Source of the DNA: Octopus sinensis
Lineage: Eukaryota
Reading direction: 5' to 3'
DNA: 64,000 nucleotides
Assembly: GCF_006345805.1 (NCBI RefSeq)
Contig: NC_043012.1
Span: 17,856,001-17,920,000 of the forward strand
Within the stretch, counting starts at the first letter, position 1. Each line of letters opens with the position of its first letter. The notes below the pieces were generated by a model, which did not search any database, was not told the origin of the DNA, and was given only the letters and a program-made list of their open reading frames with translations. A program made the translations under genes and the position numbers. Of the stretch, positions 26,251 through 40,554 are shown in pieces.

Positions 26251-27327
26251 ATATATATAACGCATATAGTGCATTGTTCCAAATTACACAATGAGTTATA
26301 CAGAGCATTGAACTGAAAACTAAAGTGAGAAGGAAAAAATTGTATATAAATAAGTAATTCAAATGGGTTGGGACACAATAGACTATTGACTGATTACAAC
26401 GATTTTTTTTCTAATATCTTTAGTAAAACTGCTGAAGAAAATGTAAATGTCATAAATAAACATAATAAAATATAATAAAATAATAGAATTATTAACAACT
26501 AAACGCTAGAGAGTGAGACACACGGAAACTTCAGGTAATGCAAGATGAGAGAAAAAATATCTTTCTGTCTATCTATGTATGTATGTATCTATCTATCTAC
26601 ATATCTATCTAAGTATCTATCTATCTACATACGTACGCTCCTACCTACCTACCTACCTAGCTACCTACCGATCTATATATCTATCTATTTATCTATCTAT
26701 CTATCATCTCCATTTCCCATATATTTGTGCGCATATTCGTACGAGTGGGTGTTTCTGTGTTTGTGGTGACGCAGCGTTTTCGACAGGAAGTTCAATTGTT
26801 CAAACAAATGAACTACTTGCTTTTGATTTCACGCGTATGTATGTGGTTGGGCAGATCTCGTCACAGACTCATATATTTTTTAAATATAATTTTCTGGAAG
26901 AAATACATGAATGTGTGTGAAGGCTGTAAACTTGAAAAGCAAGCACAAGCAATCTGAAGTGCTAACATACCATTCCTATTTGCTCAAGGGAGGATTTGTT
27001 CTGAGAGTGTAAAAATTGACATATCTGCAAGACATCAGACAGTAAGATAGAATACAGAAACATAAGATTAAATTTCGAAGGAGGCTTTCTACTCATTTCA
27101 GCAGAGAACCTTCTGTTATTTGTTTTATTCAACGACCTGTGGGTTTTTTTACCGTGTCACTTAATGGATTTATCTCTTTATTCCATGTACTGATGTTTTT
27201 GTTGGATAAAACAAAATCAAATGCTTTTGCAGCACCAGCAAAGGTTCGCCTATTTCTACTATTGCTGTTACTGTTTGTTTTTGTTGTTGCTGCTGTACTT
27301 ATTTATTGCTGGTATATTGTCAGTACT

Positions 27328-27713
27328 GGAGGCGCAATGGCCCAGTGGTTAGGGCAGCCGACACGCGGTCATAGGATCGCGGTTTCGATTCCTAGACCGG
27401 GCGTTGTGAGTGTTTATTGAGCGAAAACACACCTAAAGCTCCACGAGTCTCCGGCAGGGGATGGTGGAGATCCCTGCTGTACTCTTTCACCACAACTTTC
27501 TCTCACTCTTACTTCCTGTTTCTTTTGTACCTGTATTTTAAAGGGCCGGCCATGTCACTCTCTGTGTCAAGCTGAATATCCCCGAGAACTACGTTAAGGG
27601 TACACGTGTCTGTGGAGTACTCAGCCACTTACACGTTAATTTCACGAGCAGGCTGTTCCGTTGATTCGGATCAACCGGAACCCTCGTCGTCGTAACCGAC
27701 GGAGTGCTTCCAG
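27328..27713 (+). mobile_element. Full-length family C SINE
   Basis: A box TGGCCCAGTGG, B box GGTTTCGATTCC; perfect 12-bp TSD ATTGTCAGTACT at 27316-27327 and 27714-27725. Confidence 0.95.
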
Positions 27714-27911
27714 ATTGTCAGTACTACACTGCTGCTATCATACTTTGCGAAAATACTGTTAAATGATAAATCGTTGGTAACATATTCTGTTCTCTTGGTA
27801 ACTTTATTAGCTACGACAGTAGATTTTCTGCTACTATCCTCCACTATATATTAGGCTTCAAGTTTGCTGCTCACATTACCGTTGTTATTATGGTTGCTGC
27901 CACTATTGTTG

Positions 27912-28026
27912 TTGCGACGGACAGGCGTCCCGTCCAGGTGGGAAACCTATACGCCAAGGAAACCGGGAAACCGGCCCTATGAGCCGGGGATGGCTCGAGA
28001 AGGAACAAACAAACAAACAAACAACA
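27912..28026 (+). mobile_element. 5'-truncated family E tail ending in (AAAC)n
   Basis: Matches the reverse complement of 11064-11165; approximate TSD ACTATTG(T/C)TG. Confidence 0.85.
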
Positions 28027-28269
28027 ACTATTGCTGTAGTTGTGTTAGAGGTGGTTTCTGCCTCTGATGTGACTGTTATCTTTATTCTGGGTTCTACTCT
28101 TACCACTGTTACTCTTGCTGTTCATTTCTACGGCTAAAGTCCAGTTCTTTTTTCTCTTTCACTGTAAATGGCAGTTACTGTTTTATGTATTGGTGAATAG
28201 TCAGCAGTGTTCGAAAGCACAGAGACTTAAGTTGTAATTGAAAGAAAAGTTTGACAAATGGACGGCTGC

Positions 28270-28740
28270 AACAGAGAGTACAGAACCGTGACCAGCGGGA
28301 AGTGATATCGCAGGCGTTCTGACTTATTTCGCAGGCCAGAGTTCATCCAAACATCTTTGAACAGGGTCTTAGGCTTAATTCAGATTGGAGACTGTAGTCC
28401 ATCCATAGCTAGAAAGAGTTGTTGCGAGAAGGCCATTTGAAGGTCAACAGGATTTGACTCACAGCCATACATCCGGAAGTTGTTGTCGGAATAATTCTGT
28501 GACGTCACCAGACCCAATTGCTGGCCTTCTAATTCCCTCGATTATAATTCCATGGATTACTATGGAAAAGATATCAACTGCGCTACTTTTTAAACCAAGG
28601 CCGAGTAGTTTGCCAAAATGAACGTGATGTTAAAAAATCTCAGACTCACAGTGAGGAACGTATGCGCCACCTTCCGGTACTTTCTTCAAGTGGTAATCAA
28701 AGGAGGGCGGCAACTTTGTATACACCTTTATCTACCTGTC
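28270..28740 (+). mobile_element. Tc1/mariner transposase relic (maT/DD37D-like)
   Basis: Broken translation IFEQGLRLNSD..LERVVARRPFEGQQDLTHSHTS..CWPSNSLDYNSMDYY..TKAE..VRNVCATFR matches the QQD.AP.HTS and WPPNSPD.NP.DY motifs. Confidence 0.75.
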
Positions 28741-29049
28741 ATAATCTTCTTTTAAAATAAAATAAAAATACTCTTATTTTATTATAATATTGTGTTTTCT
28801 TTCCTTTTCATGCAAACTGCCAAATTTAGCCTACACGTCCTTCAATATTCGTTACGAAAAACTGAATTTCTGAATTTCAATATCCACAATAGCGATGATC
28901 ACTTTGACATAGCGCCTGTCTACATTAGGTTTAGTCGCGTGTGCGTTATGCATTGCCAGCAGATTCCTAGTTCTTTTATCCAATTCCTGTAGCACTAAGT
29001 TTGTCGATTTAGAAATGGAGTAAAATCGCTCAACACTGGCATAGCTTAC

Positions 29050-29385
29050 GTACTGATGGTCTTGATGACCTTAGTATATTTCTCTTCCACTCTGCGGATG
29101 CTTTCTCATTTTCTTTCCTTTGTCTTAACATCCTTCAACACTGCTAGATTCTTGCATCCTTCATCATCTCTGTGATCTAATAGTAACTTTCACGACCTCT
29201 GCTTCTTATTTTGCCATTTCTCACATTAAACATTTGACCTCTCTTCATAATTAATACTTCATACTTATTCACCCCAAACCGTATAGCGATAATGTTGCTA
29301 AACAATTTTGATATTAGGACAAGCGAATCCAGCACTTCTTCATTGATGTACAGTTTATAGTAATCCATATATAGATGATATATTA
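29050..29385 (-). mobile_element. RLE-type (R4/Dong-like) LINE reverse transcriptase fragment
   Basis: HLYMDYYKLY.NEEVLDSLV.ISKLFSNII.IRFGVNKYEVLIMKRGQ corresponds to HLLYMDDLKLY...FS.DI.M.FG..KC..L.MKRGK. Confidence 0.8.
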
Positions 29386-29759
29386 TTTAAATCCTAGATT
29401 TAGTAAGAACATAAATAGTTAAAGATTTTCTCAGTCTGTTTGTAAAATAGAAAATAGACGCTTCTGGAGAAAGTAGTAGACAGAGGGAGTATTTCTAAGG
29501 ATTCTCTCTTTGCATGTGTTTACTTCCTAAGGATTATCTTTCGCATTTCGTTTGTACTAAAGAAAAAAGACCCAGTTATTCATCTCATTTTCTAATTAAC
29601 TCCAGCTGTTCTCACACACGGTAAAAACCGACGGCTTAGTGTTATCGTATGGTTTCTTGTACTCTATGTAACCAACAGCTGAGACCTTTTGGACTTCACT
29701 TATGTTCATGTTATTGATATATTGCATACACGCAGCTCCCCGTGACAACCCAATATATG

Positions 29760-29843
<84 letters not shown>

Positions 29844-29861
29844 CATCCATAAACACACACG

Positions 29862-29900
<39 letters not shown>

Positions 29901-30025
29901 CACATGCGTATATACATGCAATCATATGTATATGTATGCCTGTACGTGTGTATGTATGTATGTATATAAGTATGTATGTATGTATTTATGTATATGTATG
30001 TTTTTGTGTATGTATGTATTGCGTG

Positions 30026-30079
<54 letters not shown>

Positions 30080-31087
30080 CATGTGTGTGTGTGTTGTTTC
30101 AGCTCGAAATCTGAAGATCATCAATTGATCGATTACTGTATACCTGTGAGTATTACTCTCCCTCTCTCTCTTTCTCTCACTCACTCACACACTAACGCAC
30201 GAACATGTACATATATATTTATATGGTGCCGTTGATTGTCTCCCTTCTTCTCTGCGTGATTATGCACACACATGTATGTTTCAGAACAGCGTTGATGAGG
30301 ATGCTAAAATCATTATTAAACAAATACAAATAAAACGTACGTTAATGAAAAAGAAAAAAAACCTACTTCACGAACTTTTCTCTTTAAAAGAACTGGGATG
30401 GTCTGAGGTGGAGATTATAGGTTAAAGTTCAAAATAATTACTGAAAAATATTTCACTATTGTATAATGAGTCTTTCACGCTGGTTACTATGGAAATTCGT
30501 TGTTAATATCTAGAACAAACGAAATGATGGTCACACCCGTATGATAATTGTTTTTCATTATACATTTTTGATGGCCACTCGAATTAGCCTTGCTTTATTT
30601 ATAGAAATTCAGTACTAAAGATGAAATATATTGTAATATATCTACGTGTAAAACTATTTACTGATTTCCTTTCTCTCTTCACATACACTACACACACACA
30701 CAGATGAACACATATCCTATATACATTATCTGTAGTGTTCTTATTGGATATCATCACCAGTAATTATTACGATGTTTCTGAAATTACAGACCTCAATGTT
30801 AATCCCATTTAAACTTTGCTATTAAAACAAACTTTATATTTAAGCTACGCTTCAAAGAATAAATTTCCAGAGATATTAATTAGCATTAACAAGCCATTAA
30901 TATGTTCACCGCCACGTTTTCACTTAATGTATGCCAAATGCGTGAAACTGTTAGAAGAATGTAAAAAAATTAAAATCATCGTTTCCTTTGGTGCCTGAAA
31001 AATACGCGAAAGAAAACTGTTGAATAATATTATTTCCTTCTAAGGTAAAAGCGTGCAGGTATTTTATTTTCAGCGATGCTTTACTTA

Positions 31088-31430
31088 TCGTTGCCAGCGT
31101 CGCTTTACCTGTACCGGTAGCACATGAAAAACAACATTCGAGCGTGGTCGTTGCCAGTGCACTCGATTGGTTCATGTGAAGGTGGCACTTAAAAAGCACC
31201 ATTCGAGCGTGGTCGTTGCCAGTACCACCTGATTGGCCCTCGTGTCGGTGGCACGTAAAGGCACCCACTATAATCGCGGAGTGGTCGGCGTTAGGAAGGG
31301 CATTCAGGTGTAAAAACTTTGCCAAATCAGATTGGAGCCTGGTGCAACCTTCTGGCTCGCCAATCCTCAGCCAAACCGTTCAACCCATGCTGGTATGGAA
31401 GACAAAAGTTAAACGACAACGATAACGATG
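31088..31430 (+). mobile_element. RTE-related short element with ~65-bp internal tandem units
   Basis: CATTCGAGCGTGGTCGTTGCCAGT at 31135 and 31200; downstream GGCGTTAGGAAGGGCATTCAG..GTAAAAAC is typical of RTE-related ends; (ACG)-like tail. Confidence 0.65.
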
Positions 31431-33113
31431 TGAAATTTCGCCCGTCATTTACAATAGCTTAAACTGAGTATTCAAATCTCAGTTTCAACTTTTGAGGAAA
31501 AAATTCCGAAGGACGGCATTTGTTCCATGTATCATAATAAATAAACCAATCCCCAAGGGAAATACGGTAATTTTCCAGCCGTGCAGGTTTAAGATACCTG
31601 TCATCAAGGATTGTTCAAATTACTACCAGTTTTCAGACTGGTTCCGATTCCCTAATACACTGAAAAGTGCCCATTGCCAATGAATGAGTAATTTGCTGCG
31701 TTTATTTTCTTCTGCATTAACCTAACTAATGCTAAAACAAATATTTACATCTTTGTTCGACCCATAGAATTTTACTGATTCAATTCATTCCAGAAGCGGC
31801 CCTCCACTTCTTTATATCTGAGGTTACTTTTACAAAGAAAGAAATATATTATATTGTGAAAAATGGCAAAATAAGAAGCAGCGATCATGAAAGTTGCGAT
31901 GTCCGTATCGGGAACTGTATGACCTCTTAGCCTATATTCCTAATGAATGGAACGCTAAAGCTTGCTTTTCCTCACGTCATAGGATCTCAACCAGAACATA
32001 CATATATAGCATACGATAATATTTTGTTTCTTGTTACAACTAGATATTATCAATACTTATCAATAACACTCCGGGTGCAAAAAGGTACAAAAATTACGTC
32101 TCGACAGTAAGGCTTAGTCCACGCTCATATATCAATTATGATGAAAATACTTTGTGTACGGAACAAAAGTATTTACCGATTAAGGAACGCCTTAGCTACT
32201 TTAATATAGACATTATAGTTTAGAAAGTTGAAGTTTTAATGAATATGGTAGAAATTTAATGTTGCCTTCCCTTGAAGGGTAACTCTCTTGCTGTAAGTCT
32301 GATTGGTATTCAGATTGGCATATCGAGCTGGATTCAGTTATTTGCCCGGCCTTAATCTGTTGTGGAAGCACCCACACAACTTGCATATACATCTGTTTTA
32401 CCAAAACCTATCAGAAGTGGATGGTAACTTTCGTTTTCTCGCTTGCCAATGCCTTTTTACTTCATTGTGCCCGTAATATAGGAAACAGCGTTTTTCTTTT
32501 CAATTTTAACCTTCAGCATGATCACTAATATTTCTTCATTTGGGCTCTTACATTTGCTATACACTCTGAACAATGGCAGGTGTTATTAATGTCAAACAAA
32601 TTTAGAGATCCAGTGATGATATGATCAAAATCAAGGATAATGTTATTACCATTAACGAGTATGTCATTAGCGTTATCCAAACATTACTACCATCATTTTG
32701 CGTTCTCATTAAATTTACATCCATACATCAGCTGTAATCATTATGATGAACTCTAACTAGATTTCCTTCCCGAGGGTTTTTCGTCATATCAGTTAACCTC
32801 TCCATCATCAAGATCATCATCATCATCATCATCATCATCGCCGTCGTCGTCGTCGTCACAGTGGTGGTCAACATAATCTTAATCACCATCATTTACTCAG
32901 CCTTATGGTCAAAGCATCACCGGGTGGCCTCATGATAACGATACCAGCAACATGTAGCCTCCATTAACACTACTTGTAACGTCATTGTCGTCATCGATGC
33001 TGCCGTTTTTATTATCGAGGTATCATCAACAACAATACTGTAATATAATAAACATCACAAATTTTGAATATGGAATAACGTTATGACATCAGTGTGTCGA
33101 TAGCTGCCTTAAA

Positions 33114-33383
33114 ATGAATATCGATCTTTCAACAAGCTTCAATAGAGTATGGATTCGCAACAGTTTTACTCGTAACTTTAAGGAAATTCCCTGTACATCC
33201 GGTGTGACAGCTTCTAGGAATGGCATCAGTATCCCATTATGCCATTTTCCGTATCTTAACATTCAGAGATTATTGACTAATAAAAATGGAACTGACAAAT
33301 TCGATCTTGATTATAACTTGATTTATAATAACTACAGCGGCATTCGTCTTGCCCAGTGCGTGACATTGGGCGATTTAGAGTAA
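33114..33383 (+). mobile_element. Possible very degraded LINE RT relic
   Basis: IDLSTSFNRVW resembles DLSKAFDRVW; the rest is not alignable by eye. Confidence 0.3.
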
Positions 33384-34921
33384 TACACATATTCTAATGC
33401 TTAATACTTCTAGGCCTATTATTTCCAGGATTCATAATTTAATACAGAATCATTATATAATTAAGAATCTGTGGAATCTTTGGCGACTGCAATATTTCTT
33501 GTCATGCAGGTATTCGTAACGACATTGAAATGGAATTGCTTTGGAAGGGAATCGAAAAGGATTTTGAAACGAACTAATGGTAGCACTTCTTTCTTTAATC
33601 TACATCAACTATATTCTAACCACAAAACAATCATCATATTTTTCCGCATTTGATTATAGAACGGCATGCGTATATCTTTAACGGTGTGCATTCATTAAAG
33701 AACAGGTGTTAAGAATGATCTTGTATTTGTTTGGGAAGAATACTAAGAGGGCAACATAAATCATTTCCATTGCAAGTAATAGCGAGATAATTATATCTTG
33801 ACAGTGCAGCAAATTTCGTTCAAAATGAACAATTTATTCATGGTTACGAATTGCATTTAGGGCTTCTCGGAATATCTCGCTATACGGTTGGTTTGAGAAT
33901 ATATATTTATGGTTTTATAAATTGATGTAAGATTATTGTATCTAAGTTAGATATCAATCATGGGGCGGCCTTTCGAAACAATCATTTGTGAGTGCTCAAA
34001 TTCCGGAAGATTTCCTTAATGAATGCCTCTTACTAGCTTCGTGATTTTGCTTTCCTTTTACCTCCTCATAATGAGAAAAACAAAGGCATTGAAATGTTTC
34101 TCCCGCTTCAGTCACAATAAGTCGTCATCTTCCTCTTTCCTTTCTGCGTATGTATAAACTTATGTGTATATTTATCGAGGTAGGTGTGTAAATGTATGTA
34201 TGCGTACATGTATATACACCTATATTTCTAAGTAAATACGTAATGTTAAAGATGCGTTCAAATTAGATGCTGCGTTTCTAGTAATTGATTTCTCGTATAA
34301 GCAAAGGGCTTCAGATACAGGTTAAAGATGGATATAAATTTGGACGACTTCTCTGGCTTATTTTGAGGTTATTATCCACGTAAGTGAACTGAAAGGATTA
34401 CAAATACGATTCCAAATTCATTCGTGGATGCATCTGACCACGCTTTGTCGATTTTCTTTTCTCACTCCACAAGAATAGAAATATAACTTTATCTTCTTAA
34501 ATGCAATTTTCAAATGTGATTTGTTCTATAGATAATGGAAGATAGCGAGCAGGAGAATGTAGTTTCAATTCGCGGTAGAAAATATTTAGATTCCTATGTA
34601 CTGTCGATACATTCGCAAAAGCCATGAAGGTCACTTTGATCTGGCACTAAATTCTAGTACGTATTCGTTTGTTCATTTATTGGTCTGAGCTACAGGATAC
34701 GGCCAGGCTGGGGCAATGACTTCAATGACTATTAAGTCATATCGCCTCCAGTGCTTCGAAGATCTGTCCCGATATTCTGAAAGTTATCTATTTGATATGA
34801 CTTTGGTTTTTACATAAGTGTAAACGCATCACACACACACATCCAGATATATATATACTATATGTTTAGTGTATATGTGTGTGCATATATATATATATAT
34901 ATCTATCTATCTATCTATATA

Positions 34922-34952
<31 letters not shown>

Positions 34953-34963
34953 CATAAATATCA

Positions 34964-35022
<59 letters not shown>

Positions 35023-38000
35023 TGTGTGCTTGTATCTGTGTGTGTGTGTGCGTGTGCGTATGTATATATGTATATTTAGATTCATATTTCCTGAAAATGT
35101 GCATGTATGAATTTTTCCTGTCAACATATTGTTTAACTTTGTTCAACATTTTATCCAGTTGCTGCGCTAAGGGATTGGAACCAGAATTGTATTTGTGCAA
35201 ACCCCACTAACTTTAAAAAAATGTATATATTGCGTAAGATAGCATGAGTCACGCGACTTTGAAGAAAGGAACACTGGATTCTGAATACTATCTCTTCTTA
35301 CGTTTGGTCTATCTTGTACTGCAAATTTTCCTGGGATTATCTATACGATCTTCCGTTACCTTCAACTAAATCCTTCACGCTTTACCTCTGAATGTACTAC
35401 ATATTAGGCACTAATATGTAAGTATTTACGAGCCATTGAAAGAGACATTATGTTATCAGAAATAGTCGAAAAGCCGTACTCACGTCATCTCATAAGTTTT
35501 CTATTATGAAAAGGACACACTTGAAAAAGTAGCTCTCTGTATTTCTAGAAAGACGAAGGTGATATATTTAGAATACCTTTGAATATATCCACAGAAGTTA
35601 TATACTCAGATATGGCAACGGGATAAACATCAGCAAGTTTAACTATTTTTAATACCTGAATTTATCAGCCAAATCTTCATGAATGACACATACCATTTTA
35701 GGAAGAACATATTGGATAATGTAAACTTTGGAACAGTTAAAAAGCCTTCGGTTATGTCTCTACCGATTTAGAAGCGCCTTGGATATCGTGAACAAATACA
35801 GCAACAAAACATGAAATATCTTGGTTTTTCCTTCTTGAATCTATTAGAAATTACTTTTTGAATACTACATTATTACTCTCCAACTTGTTATAAAGCTATC
35901 TTGGATTGGAAATCATTATCAAGATTTGTATTAGCCTATGAAGTTTCTGATGATTGTAGGAAATTCTTTTGAGAAGATTGACTGAAAAAATTCAGCATAC
36001 ACAAAACCAAGTAAGGAATTTGAAGCACAATATTGCAAAGTGTCAGAAGAGTAATAAATAGCGATATCTTCTTAATATCAGAAAAAAAAACCCAAAAGCA
36101 AACATAATTATGATTTACGTATATTACTGAAAGTAGGCTATAGCTTATAATTTGGATTCTGTTTTCTGATTATCATGGAAAGCTGATAAATACAATACCA
36201 ATGTGATCTCAATCAAAAATACCATTTATTTTCATTAAAGGTTACATTATATTTGCAAGATCTACTGCTTAACGTAACATTTATCTTCAGATATTTAATA
36301 TGTTCCTTGAAACCATATTGAAGACATACGAACGGAAAAAAGCGAAGAAATGCTTTTGGTAAAAAAAGCCAAATATATTGTCAAAACACCAGGATCAGGA
36401 ATCAAATAATGATGATGCTTATATCAACTCATAGTTTTCTATACAGTATACCACAAATATGTTTTTCTATTCCAGCATTTAATGAAAGTTTATAAAAGAA
36501 GAAAATCCCTACAGAAACAATACAATTCTAGATCTAATTTGAAAGACAAAAAGTTTTTAAAGCTTTTATACATTTTAATATAAATGTTTAAAAACACTTG
36601 AGAGCAATGCAGCTGAAAATTAAGGCAAATATATATAGTGATGTTTTAAATAAACGCAAAGTAAAAATGATATTGTATTGTGTAACGTAGGTTGCTTAAT
36701 GCTTTTATATTCTGGGAAAATCTCTTATTTATCAGTGAAAAGAATTGGTTTATTTTCCTAATTTACAGTTTGACACGTAAACTCTGACGGGAATAGGAAA
36801 TAAAATAAATAATTTATTCGTGAAATAGACACTCTTGATACGGGGATTTAAGCAAACTACGACGAGTATTTAATACATTACAAGCATTTCATGCATTATT
36901 ACATAACATATTAGTAAATGCCATCTATCTTATATTGGAAATACAATATATCATGTATGTTTCATAGTGATATGTGCTGTTATTACATGGGAGTTCCAAT
37001 TTGAAAAAAAAAACGGATATAGAAATATTCACATAGAAAGTGAGAATAGAATGTTTTATTAACATGATTCACTTTTCAATACTACCAATCCTTAAGTTTA
37101 GTTTCTTACCAAGTGCAGAATCATTCATTTTGCAATAAATAAACTATATTTATAAGCGATATTTTTTCCGGTATTCTTAAGTAGCAAATCGTTTCGATGG
37201 AAGCAGCAAAGAAAAGAAGAGAAAAAAAAAAGAGGAAGAAACTAAAAATGAAATGTCATCGCAACTGAAAGAGTATAGAAATCTCTAAATTTAGCTGAAA
37301 CAAGTCTATTGAAACGTACAAGGGAGACAATCATTATTGTTTAGAAAGAATAAAATAACATACTGAATACATAAATCTTCCATCATAGTCATGAAAGCAT
37401 AGAAATTCCAAAAATTGAACAGCGTTTTCTACTTACCGTTTACGTACAAATACTCAAACAGAAGTTTCTAGTTTACAAACTTTGCATAATGGCTAAAAAT
37501 TGATTCCCGTCAATCCGTTACTTTTGTCTACAAGATTTTCGTCTTTTCGAAATAGTTATTTTAAGACATATTGGTTATTAGAATAGCGTACTAACATCTC
37601 TTGGTTCTGGACTAGAATTCTTTACAGTCAGAAGAAAGGTAAACAGCAACCGTATAAATATATCATTACACAATCATACACACACGAAAGCGAATATCAA
37701 TGTATATATTCATCGTTCGTTGTATTTCGTGTGGGGGAGAATCTTAATTGTGAAATAGCGTCGTACAACATTCATATTCTCTTTATATTCTCTGTAATTT
37801 CGCGTTTTGGAATTATTCGTGCCTCAACATAGGGATACTGGTATGTCGGTTAATTGAGCGATAGGTCATGAAACAGCATCTCATCTCCAGTTCTGTTCTA
37901 TTTACATGCAATTAACGTGTCACCTTCGATGATAAATTGAACTCAGCAGTAAATGAATCTCATGAGGCGGGTGGAAGGTTTAACGTAAATAGTTAACTAT

Positions 38001-38234
38001 TTGTTCCTTAATTTGCAATATTTTTCATCAAGTCAGCGCAGCCTTTGAGAATGTATTAGTCATGCGACACAAATCTATCATTTGTTGAATTATTACCTGA
38101 AACATACAATGGAGATTCTACGAGCAACGCATTTCAGGAAAATGTATTTTCCTCTACCTACAATTGTTGCAGTGAAAACAATTTTAGGTGAAAACCTGTC
38201 TTCGCAAATTTAATTGGACCCAAGGACATATAAA

Positions 38235-38340
38235 CTGATTTCCATGGCGTATAGACGAAACAGAAGTCCCTGATTTCCATGGCGTATAGACGTGACAGAT
38301 GTTCCCTGATTTCCATGGCTATAGACGTAACAGACGTTTC
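38235..38340. repeat. Minisatellite, 3 x 35-36 bp
   Basis: CTGATTTCCATGGCGTATAGACG at 38235, 38270 and 38306. Confidence 0.9.
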
Positions 38341-38399
38341 AAGATTCCCCTAATCTGGGCACCTGTCCGTCGCAGATTTTTAAGTCCAGCAATTTAGAG

Positions 38400-38570
38400 A
38401 GGAAGGCCACAAATTGATTACATCGACTCCTGTATTTTATCTTGTCTCCAATACAAGACAGGTATCTTATTGTATCGACCCCGGAGGAATGAAAGGTAAA
38501 GTTCATCGCGGTGGTATTAGAACTGAGGACGTAAAGAGCCGGAAGAACTACTGCTCACTATTATGTCCCT
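38400..38570 (-). mobile_element. Degenerate family A SINE
   Basis: ATCGACCCCGGAGGAATGAAAGGTAAAGTT. Confidence 0.6.
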
Positions 38571-38608
38571 CGTCCTCATGAACACTTTTGCAAGTTGCGA
38601 TAAGACTA

Positions 38609-38819
38609 CAGTAATCCCTCGACTATCGCGGGTGTTACGTCCCAAAAGCCCGCGTTATATGTGTAAATCAGCGAAGTAGAAACAGTACTGTATATTTTTG
38701 TTGTTTTTATTTCTGTATATGTATTTTATTATGAATGCAAAACAGCTCAACGGATGAATCGACGTAAGCTTAAGTAATAAACCGCAATAGGTGAACCGCG
38801 ATATGGCGAGGAATTTTTG
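38609..38819. mobile_element. pogo/Tigger-like MITE
   Basis: Left TIR CAGTAATCCCTCGACTATCGCGG; right TIR reverse complement CAAAAATTCCTCGCCATATCGCGG; TA on both sides. Confidence 0.85.
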
Positions 38820-38959
38820 TATACAGAGTCATTTCGCCTAAACAACTCGCTAAACTCGATTCCTGCCAGCATTGATTTTATACTAAATCCCTTCTACTAC
38901 GTTTGTTTACACACACATATACACACTCCCACACATATATACATACATACATACATACA

Positions 38960-39006
<47 letters not shown>

Positions 39007-39111
39007 TAATAACAATAATCTTTGGATGTATTTATAAATATTCTAATGCATCGCTACGAGCGTTTCGTCAAGTCACTTGTCTCTTAAGATCGCAATCCGT
39101 ATCTCAGGAAT

Positions 39112-39280
39112 ACGGACTATACAGTTCTATATTTAAGAGACGAGGAATTATGTACATTATTTACATTTGACGGCTATTTGTCCTCATCTTATTTGTTGTT
39201 AAGACAACATTTCGGCTGATATACCCTCCAGCCTTCATCAGGTGTCTTGGGGAATTTTCCAACCTAGGTTTTCATTCCTA
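39112..39280 (-). mobile_element. Second copy of the HHR-bearing tail of the 11391-11766 family (head missing)
   Basis: About 135 bp align to 11387-11520 and extend about 35 nt further 3'. Confidence 0.85.
39201..39246 (-). ncRNA. Minimal type I hammerhead motif (decayed at C15.2)
   Basis: GACAC CTGATGA A GGCTG-GAGGGTATAT-CAGCC GAAAT GTT GTCTT; perfect 5-bp stem II. Confidence 0.7.
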
Positions 39281-39809
39281 GTGAAGAACTAAAATTAAGC
39301 TTTCGGTTTGGACCAGAACTGATGATGTCATCAACTGGTTCAACTTACTTTCGAACAAATCTCATATATACTTTCTCCAGTTCGATTTATCGAACTGTTA
39401 CGCTTTCCTATGACCATTCTACTTAATGAGTCCCTAATTATTGTAATTTGTACCCCCTTCTCAGTAGAATCACTATATCATTTTTGCTAACAGAGAAATA
39501 CGTAATTTAATAACTAATTTTGTCACCTAATTTCTCTATAGGAATTAACAATCAATCACGATAGTTCCTCGGACTCTGCTGTGGTTACAAACCTGGTTCG
39601 TCTTTGTATTCTCTTTCGAAAGCACCAGCAATTGTCAAAGTATCCATAGGTTTATACATAGATATTTAGGTGTTATAGAATTGTGTGTATTGTGATTGAG
39701 TACGGCGAAATTTCGAAAGATACGCTTTATAATTATTTACTGGAATCTGATTATTATTTATCAAATGCAGGATCGTTATAAAGAATTGTTGTACACAATG
39801 TATCATTCC

Positions 39810-39842
<33 letters not shown>

Positions 39843-40554
39843 TTCTACAAATACTTAATACAAAAGCTTTAATATACAGTATATAATTACATAGATATTG
39901 ATGCAAGAACATATTTTCTATGAGTTCTAGAATTAATGTGATTCTAAGATTCTATATTAAAGGATAAACGTTTCTTTTCATCGCTATGGAAAACGAAGTG
40001 TAAACGAAACTGTAAATTTCATGACATGCAGGTACTCATTAATTTACGAAAAGTTTTGACCGAATTTATTACAGGCAAATGATATCGCAGAAGAAAGATC
40101 CCTTGGAACGGGATTCAAAGGTAATTATATTAATACTATTGATATTATTTTACAAGTGAAGAGATAAAAATATTTGAAACTTGAAGAAAGAAGGAAACTG
40201 AATCTCAGCAACTGCAATAAGGAGATAAACGGCTTAAATTTGCAAAATACAGAAGCTCTTTTGTTGCGTTAGATTAGACTTGATTACTGTGATAAAGGTT
40301 TTGGAAATAAAAACAAATCTAGAGATGATATACCTTGAGGTATAAGGTGACAAAAATAAACCAATATTCTAAATAGTTTTGAAACTGAAATGCTTTGTTT
40401 TGTTCATCAAACAGAATATCATCTCTTTCGTACAGCAGATAGTGCCATAAGGAAATGTTTTCTTCAAATGTTGATCACAGATTTTGTACAAAGAAACGTT
40501 TTTAATGGAATAATATGTATATTATGTAATAACAATTTCGGGTGACGGTCTGCA

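Noticed and set aside
32213-32500. Helitron/Pif1-like or P-loop fragment (IPIRLTARELPFKGRQ; IGFGKT)
   Set aside because: Short resemblances interrupted by stops, with no supporting neighbouring motifs; needs tBLASTn.
38235-38340. CRISPR-like repeat/spacer pattern
   Set aside because: The variable parts are only about 12 nt and resemble each other; there are no cas genes and the context is eukaryotic.
39050-39098. HHR-like motif on the minus strand (CTTAAGA GACAAG/CTTGAC GAAAC GCTC GTA)
   Set aside because: G5 is mutated, stem II has a mismatch and stem I needs a 3-nt bulge. Possibly a relic, but not counted.
40075-40120. Isolated exon-like segment (ttattacag|...AAG|gtaatt)
   Set aside because: No phase-compatible neighbours or homology found by eye; such sites are frequent by chance in AT-rich DNA.
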